Shown piece by piece: positions 17,551 to 28,159 of a stretch of DNA of 64,000 nucleotides. The position numbers and the translations under genes are program-made. The stretch comes from Candidatus Omnitrophota bacterium (GTDB lineage Bacteria > Omnitrophota > Gorgyraeia > JACQQV01). Every line of letters begins with the position of its first letter. The stretch's first letter is position 1. Where the stretch lies: assembly GCA_016206785.1 (NCBI GenBank), contig JACQQV010000021.1:63509-127508 (forward strand), in the 5' to 3' direction. The notes below the pieces were generated by a model that did no database searches, was not told where the DNA came from, and saw only the letters and a program-made list of their open reading frames with translations.

Positions 17551-18863
17551 GCGGCGCTGCCAAGGAGGGTTTTCCCGAAGAAGGAATCGACTTTTACCTG
17601 AAGAAGATCCCCCGGTGCGGCGTATTTGGCACGAAACACCACTTCACGGCTTGTGCGGGTCCTTCCTTTGTATTCGGATTTGTCCTTCTTGCTCTTTCCT
17701 TCCACAAGGACTTCAACGGTCTCCCCCATCATGGAACGTAACTTCTTTTCCGTCATCCGTCCCTGAAGTCTGAGAAGTGATTGATTACGCGCCTCTTTGT
17801 CCTTTTTGGAGACATCGTCCTTAAAATTCATAGCATCCGTGCCGGGTCGCGGCGAAAATTTAAAGATAAAGGCATCATCGAATTCGACCTCCCCCATCAG
17901 TTGAAAGGTCTTTCCAAAATCTTCTTCTGTCTCGCCGGGATACCCTACAATGACATCGGTCGTCACGGCCCCTTTTGGAAAACGTTTTCGAAATTCCTCG
18001 ATCCTCTTTTTATAATTCTCGACGGTGTATCCACGGCGCATATGGGAGAGGATCCGGTCTGAGCCGGATTGAATCGGAAGATGGAGATGTTCGCAAACAC
18101 GAGGATGTTCTCTTATCGCATCGAACAGCTTTTCGTTCGCATAAACAGGGTGGCTTGTCGTAAACCGGATCCGGTGAATTGTATCCGCAGCACGGTTCAC
18201 CTCCCCAAGAAGTGTCGCAAGATCCGTCGAGGGACTCAAGTCGCGGCCATACGCGTCCACGATCTGTCCGATGAGAGTGACTTCTTTATAACCCTGCGCA
18301 TCAAGCGATTTAACTTCGCTGAGAATCATTTCAACCGGCCGACTCTGCGCAGTCCCCCGGACCGTCGGAACGATGCAGAAGGTACAGTTGTGGTGGCACC
18401 CCTCCATGACGGTCACCCAGGCTTTGATTTGTCCCTCGCGGGCGATCGGACGTCCCATGACCTGCGGCCTCTCCTCTTTATCGACCGCTGCAAGGCGTGT
18501 TCCCTCCCCCTGCACCCTCTCAATCAGCTCTGGAATGTCGTAAATATTCCGCGGCCCTGAAATAAAATCGACGTGGGGGAGTCTGTCAAAGATCGCTTCC
18601 TTGTAATTCTGAGCCATGCACCCCACGATTCCGATGACGAGATCGGGCCTCTCCCGCTTGAGTTGTTTCAAATCTCCCACCTTCCCAAAAACCCGATCTT
18701 CCGCATGCTGCCGGACTGAACAGGTATTAAAAAGGATAATATCTGCTGTTTCTTCTTTCTCCGTCGGAAAATAGCCCCTTTCCCGGAGCATTCCCATAAT
18801 GATCTCCGAGTCAAAATCATTCATCTGGCATCCGTAGGTCTGTAGATAAAAGTTTTTACTCAT
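17547..18863 (-). CDS. miaB: tRNA-2-methylthio-N6-dimethylallyladenosine synthase
   Basis: TYGCQMN..DS, NTCSVR..AE, GCMAQ, CHHNCTFC, C-terminal TRAM domain. Confidence 0.96.
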   Translation of the reverse strand: MSKNFYLQTYGCQMNDFDSEIIMGMLRERGYFPTEKEETADIILFNTCSVRQHAEDRVFGKVGDLKQLKRERPDLVIGIVGCMAQNYKEAIFDRLPHVDFISGPRNIYDIPELIERVQGEGTRLAAVDKEERPQVMGRPIAREGQIKAWVTVMEGCHHNCTFCIVPTVRGTAQSRPVEMILSEVKSLDAQGYKEVTLIGQIVDAYGRDLSPSTDLATLLGEVNRAADTIHRIRFTTSHPVYANEKLFDAIREHPRVCEHLHLPIQSGSDRILSHMRRGYTVENYKKRIEEFRKRFPKGAVTTDVIVGYPGETEEDFGKTFQLMGEVEFDDAFIFKFSPRPGTDAMNFKDDVSKKDKEARNQSLLRLQGRMTEKKLRSMMGETVEVLVEGKSKKDKSEYKGRTRTSREVVFRAKYAAPGDLLQVKVDSFFGKTLLGSAA

Positions 18864-18874
18864 TCCTCAATGCG

Positions 18875-19129
18875 TTATGCGACGACTTTGTAGACCTTAT
18901 CGTTGGGGTGGACTTTCTGGTCTACTTTAAGGCCCACCTCCTGTCCCACCGCCGCTGTCTCAATATTCTTGTAGTCGATTTGCATGGAGCCGACCTGCTG
19001 AGTGAAATCGTAGCCATGGCCCTTGATGTGAATCGTATCGCCGACCTTAATGCTATCCGTGAGTTGAATCATTCCAACACCGACCTTGCCGAAGTAATGG
19101 GTAATAACTCCAACCTCTTTTTCTTCCAT
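18875..19129 (-). CDS. Small translation elongation factor-like (EF-Tu domain II-like beta-barrel) protein
   Basis: VG.ITHYFGK.GV...VGDTIHIKG...SMQI...GQEVGLKV. Confidence 0.8.
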   Translation of the reverse strand: MEEKEVGVITHYFGKVGVGMIQLTDSIKVGDTIHIKGHGYDFTQQVGSMQIDYKNIETAAVGQEVGLKVDQKVHPNDKVYKVVA

Positions 19130-19176
19130 GGGGCCCCTCCCTTGTTCAGACTTCTTCTAAAACGAAAGTTGCTCCT

Positions 19177-19431
19177 CTACCTAAAAACCTTCTTCCATAA
19201 AAGAAGTAAAAGGACCAAAACCGGGGGGCCGGCGAAGCGGTTCCAAAGACGTAAGCCGTTCCCTGATTTCTCTATCGTGATCTTAAATCCCAAAAGACGT
19301 AACACCCACGTGTAATAACGCGCCGTCCAACGATCTACAAAATGGGGGGTGAGCCATGAAAGGATTGTGAGTTTTGCGACAACAAGGACCAGTAAAAGAT
19401 AAACGGCCTGACCCAGCATTTCACCCATCAT
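19177..19431 (-). CDS. Hypothetical small membrane protein
   Basis: Two hydrophobic segments; ATGA overlap with the upstream ORF. Confidence 0.55.
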   Translation of the reverse strand: MMGEMLGQAVYLLLVLVVAKLTILSWLTPHFVDRWTARYYTWVLRLLGFKITIEKSGNGLRLWNRFAGPPVLVLLLLLWKKVFR

Positions 19432-19619
19432 CCAATTCCACCGATATCGTCTTCATCATACTCTTCTATCTTCAACTCGTCTGGACTCACTTCCTCCGGC
19501 ACCTGGTATTCAGATGTTTTTCTACAAACGGTGCACAGGCATTTGGCAATCTTCACCTCTTCATCATAGGAGAAGAATGTCATTTGGGTAGCGCCGCAGA
19601 CCTTACAGGCCGCTTTCAT
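19428..19619 (-). CDS. Small zinc-ribbon protein with acidic tail
   Basis: CKVC...CLCTVC; extended -10 TGGTATAAT just upstream. Confidence 0.6.
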   Translation of the reverse strand: MKAACKVCGATQMTFFSYDEEVKIAKCLCTVCRKTSEYQVPEEVSPDELKIEEYDEDDIGGIG

Positions 19620-19643
19620 GATTGATCCATTATACCAAAAAGC

Positions 19644-21041
19644 TTACAGTCTTACCTTCTGACCCCGTTCCGGGATAAGGGAGTGCGGGATACCCTGTTC
19701 TCTCAGGGCCTCCTGGAGGGTTTCACCTTGGGACCTTTCCCCATGGACAATGAAAATCTGTTTTAAGGTCTTTCCGCACTGGGTGATGAAATTTAAGAGC
19801 TCTTTCTGATCTGCATGTCCGCTAAAGGCGTTTAAGATCGACACTTCCGCCCGAAGCAAATGCGGTTCTCCAAAAATTTTTACACTTTTCTCCCGTTCCA
19901 CGATCCTTCGTCCAAGCGTTTCCTTCGCCATAAACCCGACGACGAGGATCGTATTCTTCGGATCCTCGACGCTGTTTTTAAGATGGTGGAGGATGCGACC
20001 CGATTCGCACATGCCGGAAGCCGAAAGGATCACCATCGGTCCGGAACGTTCATTGAGTTTCTTTGACTCTTCGACGTCCCGAATATACTCGATCCCTTCG
20101 GCGCCGAAGGGGTCTTTCCCCTCTTTCAACATGTTGCGCGTCTTGTCATCCCAGCACTCTGGATGATTCCTGAAAACTTCGGTCAAATTTGAAGCGAGGG
20201 GGCTATCGACATAAATAGGAATGGGGGGGAGGGATTTTTCTCGGATCAACTCATTCAGATAGTACACAACTTCCTGGGTTCTTTCTAAAGCAAAGGTCGG
20301 GACAATCAGCTTTCCTTTTTTCTGAATCGTCTTTTCTACGACAGTTTTTAATTCCACCTTCGCCTTTTGAATATCGTCGTGAAGGCGCCCCCCATAGGTA
20401 CTCTCAATGATGAGATAGTCCAAACGCTCCGGAATCACTGGATCGCGCAAAATCGGAAGAGAGGCCCTTCCCAGATCGACCGCATAGGCAATCCGGATCG
20501 ATTTCGGTTTTGCTGCAATCTCAAGCACTGCGATCGCGGACCCTAACACATGTCCTGCATCGTAAAGGACACAGGTCGCCCCCTCCACCACAAGAAAAGG
20601 TTTTTCGTACGATCTCTCGAAGAAACGTTTCAAGGAATGTTGGGCGTCCTTTGTGGTGTATAAAGGATGACGGGGAGGAAATCCTTTTCTGCGATGAATC
20701 TTATTGACAAATCGGATGTCTTCCTCTTGGATATGGGCGCTGTCGAGAAGCATATGGGTACAGAGATCTTTCGTCGCTTCCGTCGCATAGATCGGCTGGT
20801 GAAAGCCGCTCCGGATGAGGTTCGGGATATTGCCGCTATGATCAATATGGGCATGTGAAAGCACCATGGCGTCGAGGGACTCTGCCTCGAAGGGGAAATG
20901 CCGGTTCACTTCATACGATTCATTCCGTCTTCCCTGATAAAGTCCACAGTCGAGAAGAATCTTTTGGCCGTTCGCTTCTACCACATGCATGGAGCCGGTA
21001 ACATTTTCTAACCCGCCTAAAAATTGTATGGAGGAATTCAT
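19644..21041 (-). CDS. MBL-fold metallo-hydrolase, beta-CASP RNA-processing family
   Basis: SHAHIDHSG, AGHVLGS, ESTYG, SASGM, FSGHAD, VHGE. Confidence 0.93.
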   Translation of the reverse strand: MNSSIQFLGGLENVTGSMHVVEANGQKILLDCGLYQGRRNESYEVNRHFPFEAESLDAMVLSHAHIDHSGNIPNLIRSGFHQPIYATEATKDLCTHMLLDSAHIQEEDIRFVNKIHRRKGFPPRHPLYTTKDAQHSLKRFFERSYEKPFLVVEGATCVLYDAGHVLGSAIAVLEIAAKPKSIRIAYAVDLGRASLPILRDPVIPERLDYLIIESTYGGRLHDDIQKAKVELKTVVEKTIQKKGKLIVPTFALERTQEVVYYLNELIREKSLPPIPIYVDSPLASNLTEVFRNHPECWDDKTRNMLKEGKDPFGAEGIEYIRDVEESKKLNERSGPMVILSASGMCESGRILHHLKNSVEDPKNTILVVGFMAKETLGRRIVEREKSVKIFGEPHLLRAEVSILNAFSGHADQKELLNFITQCGKTLKQIFIVHGERSQGETLQEALREQGIPHSLIPERGQKVRL

Positions 21042-21412
21042 GGCTGTCCCGTCGGACCCCCTTGTTGGGCCCGCCGATAGACATACTGATGGATACGGTC
21101 TCTGTCCTGGAACTTAAGTTCCAGGAATTCAACGCCCATCTCGAAGAAAGCGACCTCCCCGTCGGCCATCTTCTTGGCTTTAGCCCAACTCACCTTTCCC
21201 TGTGTCCGAAGAGGAGGAAGATTATCCGGAAGATGGATGATGAGTTCGAGGCGAGTATTCGCCTCTATGGCCTTGTGGAGGGGAAAACGGAGCCCCTTTC
21301 CGCCGATATTCTCGCACATCACGGAATAACTTTCTCCGCCCCCTCCGCGAAGAAAAACCTCGACGGGAATCGTGGTATCCAGTCTTTCGAATTTTCCTCT
21401 TTTACGATCCAT
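21038..21412 (-). CDS. PilZ domain protein
   Basis: RGKFER and ENIGGKG (variants of the RxxxR and D/NxSxxG motifs), G.V.W, MGVEF; start moved to ATG 21412. Confidence 0.8.
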   Translation of the reverse strand: MDRKRGKFERLDTTIPVEVFLRGGGGESYSVMCENIGGKGLRFPLHKAIEANTRLELIIHLPDNLPPLRTQGKVSWAKAKKMADGEVAFFEMGVEFLELKFQDRDRIHQYVYRRAQQGGPTGQP

Positions 21413-21989
21413 CACTCTCCAAGATTTCCCGGAAGGCCCTGGCTGCAGCCTCGGGGGTAGAAACAAACCGTATCATTTGCTTCATACGATCCGCTTCCTT
21501 CGTAAAATGAAATTGGGGATCTGTCCCGGATTCCTGTCGCGCTTTTTTGACAGTAGCCTTCCAAAAATTTCCAAGAAAAACCATCGGTTTGAGCGGCATA
21601 AATTTTTTGTGGGTGTATTCCAAAACAAGGCTTACCTCAAGAAGGGTTCCTGTTCCTCCTTTGAAAACGAGATACCCATCCGCAATCGTCACCAGACGCT
21701 CAAGTCGCTCAAGGAGACTCCGTTTTTTCTCCACGCGATCGATATAGGGATTGGCCTTGAGGTTTTTCCCGGAGAAAGTGATGCCGATTGTTTCTCCGCC
21801 GGCCTCCTTGGCCCCCTTTGCAGAAGCCTCCATCGTTCCCCCAAACCCTCCATTACAAAGGAGGAAGCCGGCACGGGCAAGGGCCTCTCCGGTCCGACAG
21901 GCCAAAAGATACTCTTTCGAGCCCGGTTTGGGCCTGTAGCTCCCAAAGAGTGTAATAATCTTGGATCCTGTGCGAGGTTTGACACCCAT
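21402..21989 (-). CDS. LOG family protein
   Basis: GGFGGTMEASAKGA..AGG.TIG, KGGTGTL.E. Confidence 0.88.
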   Translation of the reverse strand: MGVKPRTGSKIITLFGSYRPKPGSKEYLLACRTGEALARAGFLLCNGGFGGTMEASAKGAKEAGGETIGITFSGKNLKANPYIDRVEKKRSLLERLERLVTIADGYLVFKGGTGTLLEVSLVLEYTHKKFMPLKPMVFLGNFWKATVKKARQESGTDPQFHFTKEADRMKQMIRFVSTPEAAARAFREILESDGS

Positions 21990-22139
21990 TTGGCTTTATT
22001 ATATCAAATAAACCCGAACTTTCCCGGATCGTCCATCTCTGTCACACCATATAATTAACTTCTGTCTCTTTTAACACAACCTAACTTGTTTAAAATAAAT
22101 TAATTAAGAAAATTTATATTGTTGCTTACCCGAAATATC

Positions 22140-22168
22140 TTGCATTTTAACCCTGCGTCATGTAAAAT
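22140..22168 (+). promoter_or_regulatory. Sigma70-type promoter of rpoN
   Basis: TTGCAT, 17 nt, TAAAAT, preceded by an AT-rich tract. Confidence 0.5.
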
Positions 22169-22189
22169 TAGGGTAAACTTAAGAAACGT

Positions 22190-23527
22190 ATGAAACTCAT
22201 TCAGCACCTTGAACAGCGTCAGATCCTTGCCCCTTCTTTAAGGCAAGCACTCCATATTCTTCAACTCTCCACCCTGGAACTCCAGACCCTCATGGAAAAA
22301 GAGCTCCAGGAAAACCCCTGTTTGGAAGAGGAGCGGCCCCGCGGGTCGCAGGAAAAGACACTCCCCTTTGAAACGGTTGTTCCCCCCACATCCCATTTTT
22401 CAGCCTCTGAAGAGGATGAGGAGATATGGAACTACCGGGAGAGTTTGGTGACCAAGCCGATAACGCTGGGTGAACATCTGCTCCATCAGCTCCGTCTCTT
22501 TTGTACTTCAGAACAGGATTGCCGGATTGGGGAAGTCCTCATCGGCTCCCTCGATGAGAATGGATACCTCCGTGAGTCGGTCGAAGAGATTGCGGCCCTG
22601 CATCATGTCTCCCCCACCGACGTCGAACGGCTTCTTTCTCTCATTCAGGGATTTGATCCTCTTGGCGTCGGTGCACGCGATCTTGCAGAATGCCTTCTTC
22701 TTCAACTCGACTCCCACTCTCCGCTCGAGTCCACAATCATTCGTGATCACCTCTCGGACCTACAGGCCAAACGAGTGGACCTCATCCAAAAGAAACTCAA
22801 GGTCTCCGAAGAAAAACTCAAGGAAGCGGTCCGCCGCATCATGGCCCTGGAACCGAAGCCGGGACGTTCCTTTAGCCATCCCAAAACCAGCTACGTGACT
22901 CCTGACATCACTGTAAAGAAGGGGAAGGAAAACACCTTTGAGATTCTCCTCAATGATGAGGAACTCTCCCCTCTACGACTCAACCCCACCTATGAAAGGC
23001 TTTTAAAGGGAAACAACCTCTCCGAATCAGATAAAACTTTCTTAAGAGAAAAAATGCAGTCGGCCCAGTTTCTCATGCGGGCCATTCGCCAAAGGAAAGA
23101 GACACTCCAGCAACTCGCAGAAGCGCTTGTCGCGTTTCAGAAAGAGTTTTTTGAGCAGGGCCCCAGCGCTCTCAGGCCCATGACGATGGATGAGATGGCG
23201 AGCTGCATTCAGAAGCACCGTTCGACGGTAAGCCGGGCGGTCAAAAATAAATTCATCCAGACTCCCTATGGTCTTTTCGAGATCAAATTCTTCTTCACGG
23301 GCGATATGGGCAGTTTGGAGAACGAGGGAGTTTCTTCGAGAGCGGTTAAGGAAAGAATTAAAGAATTGATACAAAATGAAAATCCCGCCGCTCCCTTAAG
23401 CGACGACGAGATCCTTCAAAAACTTCAGGAAGAGGGGATTTCGATTAAACGTCGGACGGTTTCCAAATATCGGCAAACCCTTGGGTTTTCTTCCTCTTTC
23501 CTCAGGAAAAATAGACTTTCCCGTTAA
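22190..23527 (+). CDS. rpoN: RNA polymerase sigma-54 factor
   Basis: LRQALHILQL region I, DPLGVGARDL.ECL, H.STVSR, RpoN box RRTVSKYR. Confidence 0.96.
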   Translation: MKLIQHLEQRQILAPSLRQALHILQLSTLELQTLMEKELQENPCLEEERPRGSQEKTLPFETVVPPTSHFSASEEDEEIWNYRESLVTKPITLGEHLLHQLRLFCTSEQDCRIGEVLIGSLDENGYLRESVEEIAALHHVSPTDVERLLSLIQGFDPLGVGARDLAECLLLQLDSHSPLESTIIRDHLSDLQAKRVDLIQKKLKVSEEKLKEAVRRIMALEPKPGRSFSHPKTSYVTPDITVKKGKENTFEILLNDEELSPLRLNPTYERLLKGNNLSESDKTFLREKMQSAQFLMRAIRQRKETLQQLAEALVAFQKEFFEQGPSALRPMTMDEMASCIQKHRSTVSRAVKNKFIQTPYGLFEIKFFFTGDMGSLENEGVSSRAVKERIKELIQNENPAAPLSDDEILQKLQEEGISIKRRTVSKYRQTLGFSSSFLRKNRLSR

Positions 23528-24549
23528 AAAATCACCATCGTGAGCTTGGCGAGTTGCGCCAAAAGATCCAAGTTTTGGGCCTTGAGGCGATTTTCCCGCT
23601 TGTGACTATTGATGCTTAAGATCCCTAATACCTTCTCCTGGCGGGAAAGAGGCATGACAATTGAAGAATCAATCTCGCTTCTTTTCAAGCGGTGCTTCAG
23701 GGCTGGATCGAGGGGCATTTCCGGATCAATGAGAAGCGGCCGATTCCGCTGGGCCACCCATCCTGCAACCCCTTCCCCAACTTTTACCTCCGCTTTCTGA
23801 ATCACTTCCTCGTTCAATCCGAGGGCGGCTCGAATACGAAGCGTCTGGGAAGGTGAATCCAAAACCATCACAGAACCAGAATCGGCTTTGGTCGCCCGCA
23901 GCGCGAGATCAAGGAGGGTTGAAAAAAAGTTGTCCAATTCATCGGGCTTCGTCGCAAGATCCTTTTTCCAGGAAGAAGTGAACTCAGAGAGGATCTGTTC
24001 GTGTCCTCCCTTGAGAGCGGTCGGTTGGACAAGATAATTACAGACTTCCGACAAAAGCTCAAGCATCGCCTTCATGCCGACGAAGGAAAAAAGTTTTGCT
24101 TCCTGATCAAGGCCCTCCAAGGAAAGAAGATCCCATCCCTGCTCCTTGGCCAGTCCCTCCAATTCCTTTTGGGATCTCCTTGAACCGAGCAAAAGAGGAC
24201 CTACGACAAGATAGGCCATGACCCGTGAAGATTCACTAAAAATGGGAATTACTGCGTAGGTAAAACCGAGCGACTCGGTCCCTTCCGCCGCCGCGTGTGT
24301 GGCTTCGCTTTTGCGGATGAGGCTCTGAATGACTTCGGAAGGCGTCCTGAATTTCAGTCGGGAAGGATTTTTGGCAGCGGCGATCAACTCCCAGATTTTC
24401 GGCGTGTGTTGAGGGAGGGTCAACAGTTTCGCCCTGGGGTCAACGGTGTAGACATCTACGCCCAGAACTTCTGCGAAACGGCTCAGGATGAATGCCCATT
24501 GATCGACATTGATAAGATTCGGTAATGACTCGCCGCCTGGTTCAACCAT
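23524..24549 (-). CDS. PocR-like ligand-binding domain + GAF domain protein
   Basis: N-terminal AVIPI....AYLVVGP (PocR-like); C-terminal GEGVAGWVA..PL, SSIVMPL...LGILSIN (GAF); no output domain. Confidence 0.75.
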   Translation of the reverse strand: MVEPGGESLPNLINVDQWAFILSRFAEVLGVDVYTVDPRAKLLTLPQHTPKIWELIAAAKNPSRLKFRTPSEVIQSLIRKSEATHAAAEGTESLGFTYAVIPIFSESSRVMAYLVVGPLLLGSRRSQKELEGLAKEQGWDLLSLEGLDQEAKLFSFVGMKAMLELLSEVCNYLVQPTALKGGHEQILSEFTSSWKKDLATKPDELDNFFSTLLDLALRATKADSGSVMVLDSPSQTLRIRAALGLNEEVIQKAEVKVGEGVAGWVAQRNRPLLIDPEMPLDPALKHRLKRSEIDSSIVMPLSRQEKVLGILSINSHKRENRLKAQNLDLLAQLAKLTMVIF

Positions 24550-24584
24550 AGATGTCCCCCCATCTCTTTGAGAGTTAACCTGGA

Positions 24585-25988
24585 TTAAACATGCTGAAGC
24601 GCCTCACCCCTTCCTCCAAATAAATTGTATTTTCTCATCTTATTATAGAGGGTGGTGCGGTTGACACCGAGAAGCGCGGCCGCTTTTTTACGATTCCAAT
24701 GGCACTCCTGAAGAGTTCTTAAAATCATCTCTCTCTCCGGTTCGCCGAGCATCTCTTTTAAGGAGCGGCTTGTCGTCTCTCCTCCTTCGGCAGAAACCGA
24801 CAGTTGATGAAAAAGATCGGGTAGATCTCCTTCGGTTAAAAGATCTCCATGCCCAACGATGGTTGCCCGTTCCATGACATTCTCGAGTTCCCGGACATTG
24901 CCCGGCCACTGATACGCTTCGATCGCCTTAAGAAACCCATCCGAAACACCCGAAAATTTCTTTTTGTTCTTCACTGAAAATTTTTTTAAAAAATGTTCGA
25001 TAAGGACAGGGATATCCTCTTTCCGCTCACGGAGCGAAGGGAGCCCAATCGCAATGACATTCAGTCGGTAATAAAGGTCTTCGCGGAACTTTCCTTGCTC
25101 GATGAGTTCTTCCAAATTCTGATTGGTGGCGGCGATGATCCGGACATCGACCCGAATGGTCTTGGTGTCGCCGACCCGCTCAAATTCCCCCTCCTGGAGG
25201 ACGCGGAGAAGTTTAACCTGAAGCGCCGGCGAAAAGGTGTCAATTTCATCCAGAAGGATGGTGCCGCCGTCCGCCAACTCGAAACGCCCCATCCGGTCCT
25301 TGATGGCACCGGTGAAAGCGCCTTTCACATGGCCAAAGAGTTCGCTCTCCAAAAGGGTCTCAGGAATCGCCGCGCAACTGACCTCCACGAAGGGTTTGTC
25401 CTTCCGAGCCGGATCATTCGCATGAATGGCCAAAGCGACCAACCGTTTCCCCGTACCACTTTCCCCCTTGATGAGAAGGGTCGCTTTCGTATCAGCGATC
25501 GTCTCGATCAAGGTATAGATCTTCTGCATCTTCTCATGTTTTCCAATGAGCTGATGGAAGGTATCACGGCCTGTGCGGGCCAGTTGCTGCCGGAGGGCGA
25601 TGTTTTCTTCGATGAGGTTTTTCTGTTCAAAAAGTTTTTTGATGACGATCTTGATCTCACCGTCCATGATGGGCTTGGTGATATAATCGGCCGCCCCAAG
25701 CCGCATCGCCTCGACCGCCTGATCAATCGTCCCGTAGCCCGTGATGAGGATCACGGGGATCTCCGGGTGCTTTTCTCTCACCTGCTTCAAAAGATCTATC
25801 CCGGAGAACTTCGGCATTTTGATGTCGGCGATCACGATATCGATCGGAAGCCGCTCGATTTTTTGCAGGGCCTCTTCCCCATCGGAGGCCATCTCCGCTT
25901 CATACCCTTCGAAACGAAGGGTTTCGTAGAGAGATTTCCGAATGAGTGGTTCGTCGTCGACAATGAGGATGCGTCCGTTACCTGGCAT
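24585..25988 (-). CDS. Sigma54-dependent response regulator (NtrC family, PrsR-like)
   Basis: REC (ILIVDDE, D, K), [21 protein letters not shown], Fis HTH; start moved to ATG 25988. Confidence 0.95.
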   Translation of the reverse strand: MPGNGRILIVDDEPLIRKSLYETLRFEGYEAEMASDGEEALQKIERLPIDIVIADIKMPKFSGIDLLKQVREKHPEIPVILITGYGTIDQAVEAMRLGAADYITKPIMDGEIKIVIKKLFEQKNLIEENIALRQQLARTGRDTFHQLIGKHEKMQKIYTLIETIADTKATLLIKGESGTGKRLVALAIHANDPARKDKPFVEVSCAAIPETLLESELFGHVKGAFTGAIKDRMGRFELADGGTILLDEIDTFSPALQVKLLRVLQEGEFERVGDTKTIRVDVRIIAATNQNLEELIEQGKFREDLYYRLNVIAIGLPSLRERKEDIPVLIEHFLKKFSVKNKKKFSGVSDGFLKAIEAYQWPGNVRELENVMERATIVGHGDLLTEGDLPDLFHQLSVSAEGGETTSRSLKEMLGEPEREMILRTLQECHWNRKKAAALLGVNRTTLYNKMRKYNLFGGRGEALQHV

Positions 25989-27291
25989 AAACCGTAGACT
26001 CCTTTGGAACCGCATAATTTAAGGGGAAATGGACGAGGAACGTGGCTCCCCGACGCTCTTCACTTTCCACCTCAATCCGCCCGCCGTAGGAGCGGACGAG
26101 CTCATAACAGATGGAAAGTCCCAGACCGCACCCTTTGTCGATCTCTTTCGTCGTAAAGAACGGATCGAAAATGAAGGGCCGATTCTCTTTTGAGATGCCA
26201 CATCCTGTATCCGAGATACGTACCGTGATTTCATGGTCGCTGCGAAGGGTTGCGATCCGAAGTGTCCCCCCGTGAGGCATCGCCTCCAGGGCATTCTTAA
26301 TGACATTGGTAAAGATCTGGTCGATCCCTTTGTCCAGGAGTAACGGAAGGGCGGGATGGTACGCTTTAATGACTTGAACCCTGGAAGTATAAAAGTAATC
26401 GTTCAGGTTGGAAAGGACATCTTCAAGAACTTCATTCACATCCACCGGATTCATCGTGACGCGCTGGCGACTGGAAAAGGTGAGGAGGTTTTTGACGATA
26501 TTCACCATCCGGGTAAGGCCCTGTTTCACCTCCAGGAGATATTCCCGGACCATGTCCCCTTCCTTCAGGTGATTGAGAGAGAGATGAATGTAGCGAAGGG
26601 TTCCGTCCAGAGGGTTGTTCAGTTCATGAGCGATCCCCGCCGCCAATTTTCCGATCGAGGCCATTTTCTGAGAAAGTTCAAGCTCTGTTCCCAGTTGACG
26701 CTTTTCCTCCATCAGAAGGAGGGCGGTCTTGCGGGCTTCCTCCGCGTCATGATGAGACTTCTTGGCTTCGGCACCCAGATGTATCCTTTCAATCCCTTCG
26801 GCCACGTAAGAGGCGAAAAGGGTCATCCACTCCAGATCTTTGGAGACAAAGGGACGCTTCGATTTTTTATCGGTGAGGTTCAAGATGCCTAACAATTTCC
26901 CTTGAAAGACGATGGGGACAGAAAGGAAGGAGGTGGTACGGTAATGGGAAAAGCCGTTCCCGTTTTGGAACCGGAAATCGTTACGGATATCCTCAACCAG
27001 AATGGGAGATTGCCGGCTTGCCACATATCCCAGGATCCCCTCATCGAGCTTGCGCCTCACCTCCGGAAAGTGGGAGAGATACTCTCCAGAGGCCCCTTTA
27101 AGGACCAACTCTTTCTTGTTTTCGTCGACGAGGAAAAGGGATCCGACCTCCGCTTGAACCAGGTTGAGCGCTTCCCTTAAGGAGGTGTCTAAAAGGGAAT
27201 TAAGGAATTTTGCAGTTTGAATTCGCTCCAAAGCGGCCCGGAAACGGAGAATCGGGTCGAGTGGTTTACGTCGAAAGGTATCAAGAAACAT
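25978..27291 (-). CDS. GAF-containing cytoplasmic sensor histidine kinase
   Basis: GAF, AHELNNPL H-box, N box, DTGCGI, PFFTTK, GLGL; no TM segments seen. Confidence 0.93.
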   Translation of the reverse strand: MFLDTFRRKPLDPILRFRAALERIQTAKFLNSLLDTSLREALNLVQAEVGSLFLVDENKKELVLKGASGEYLSHFPEVRRKLDEGILGYVASRQSPILVEDIRNDFRFQNGNGFSHYRTTSFLSVPIVFQGKLLGILNLTDKKSKRPFVSKDLEWMTLFASYVAEGIERIHLGAEAKKSHHDAEEARKTALLLMEEKRQLGTELELSQKMASIGKLAAGIAHELNNPLDGTLRYIHLSLNHLKEGDMVREYLLEVKQGLTRMVNIVKNLLTFSSRQRVTMNPVDVNEVLEDVLSNLNDYFYTSRVQVIKAYHPALPLLLDKGIDQIFTNVIKNALEAMPHGGTLRIATLRSDHEITVRISDTGCGISKENRPFIFDPFFTTKEIDKGCGLGLSICYELVRSYGGRIEVESEERRGATFLVHFPLNYAVPKESTVYAR

Positions 27292-28159
27292 TTTTCTGTG
27301 TCCTCCTTGATGATTTTAACCGCTCAATCCGTTTTTTGAAAAGAGCGACATCCTTATGGTCGGGATAAGATTGGATGAATGATTCGTAGATCGCGATTCC
27401 TTTTTCCGGCTGTTTGAGCCGCAGGCTATAGGCATCGATCCTTGGAAAGTACATCCGACTCATCCTGGGATAGGTGAGAATAATTTCTTTAAGGACCTCC
27501 AGGGCTTTTTCCCATTTCTTCTGTTCCTCATACCCTCCCAGAAGATAGCTCATCGCCAAAAACTGTAGAGGTTTTTTAGGATGTTCCTGAATCAGTCGGC
27601 GGTAGTAGTCGGCCGCGGCCTCGTAACTTTCACTCCCCTTCTTACTGTCTGTCTTAAGGTCATGCCTTGCAATATAAAGAGGGATCTCAAGCCCGAGTTG
27701 ACTCTCCGGATACCGATCTCTTAAAAGACGGTACTCCTTCAAGGCCGCCTCCCAATGACCTTCCTTTTCATACGAGAATCCTACCAAGAATTGGGACCTT
27801 GCGTTAAAGGCCTTATCGTCGGGAAAATCCTTCCGGATCTTTGTCAAAAAATTTCTTCCCTCTTGATATTTTTTTTCGAAGATGAGGAGTCCTGCAATGG
27901 AGAGGTTGGATTCCTTGATCAAGGTGGGGTTCCCGGGATAATCTTTGATGATACCCTCAAAGCGTTTCCGTGATTTCTCGAACAAAGGGGGCGGCGTCGA
28001 CTCGGGGTTTACCACAATTTTCTGGGAGAGGGCCTTTGCTTTCCAAAAGCGTGTTTCCGTCGCATAGGTATTCTTTGAGGCATCCTTGGATCCCAAGTAA
28101 CGCAAACCCCCGTAGACCAGAAGAAGGAGGATCAGATAAACGCTAAGCGCTTTTTTCAT
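27281..28159 (-). CDS. Membrane-anchored TPR protein
   Basis: N-terminal TM; repeated helical units ending in YP/FP/HP. Confidence 0.75.
   Translation of the reverse strand: MKKALSVYLILLLLVYGGLRYLGSKDASKNTYATETRFWKAKALSQKIVVNPESTPPPLFEKSRKRFEGIIKDYPGNPTLIKESNLSIAGLLIFEKKYQEGRNFLTKIRKDFPDDKAFNARSQFLVGFSYEKEGHWEAALKEYRLLRDRYPESQLGLEIPLYIARHDLKTDSKKGSESYEAAADYYRRLIQEHPKKPLQFLAMSYLLGGYEEQKKWEKALEVLKEIILTYPRMSRMYFPRIDAYSLRLKQPEKGIAIYESFIQSYPDHKDVALFKKRIERLKSSRRTQKNVS

Noticed and set aside
17547-18863. Fourth RiPP radical SAM enzyme
   Set aside because: It has clear MiaB architecture (UPF0004 + rSAM + TRAM) and is housekeeping.
24993-25997. Long plus-strand ORFs (also 4316..5035, 42861..43730, 51308..52315)
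   Set aside because: They are antisense to well-supported genes and have no motifs of their own.
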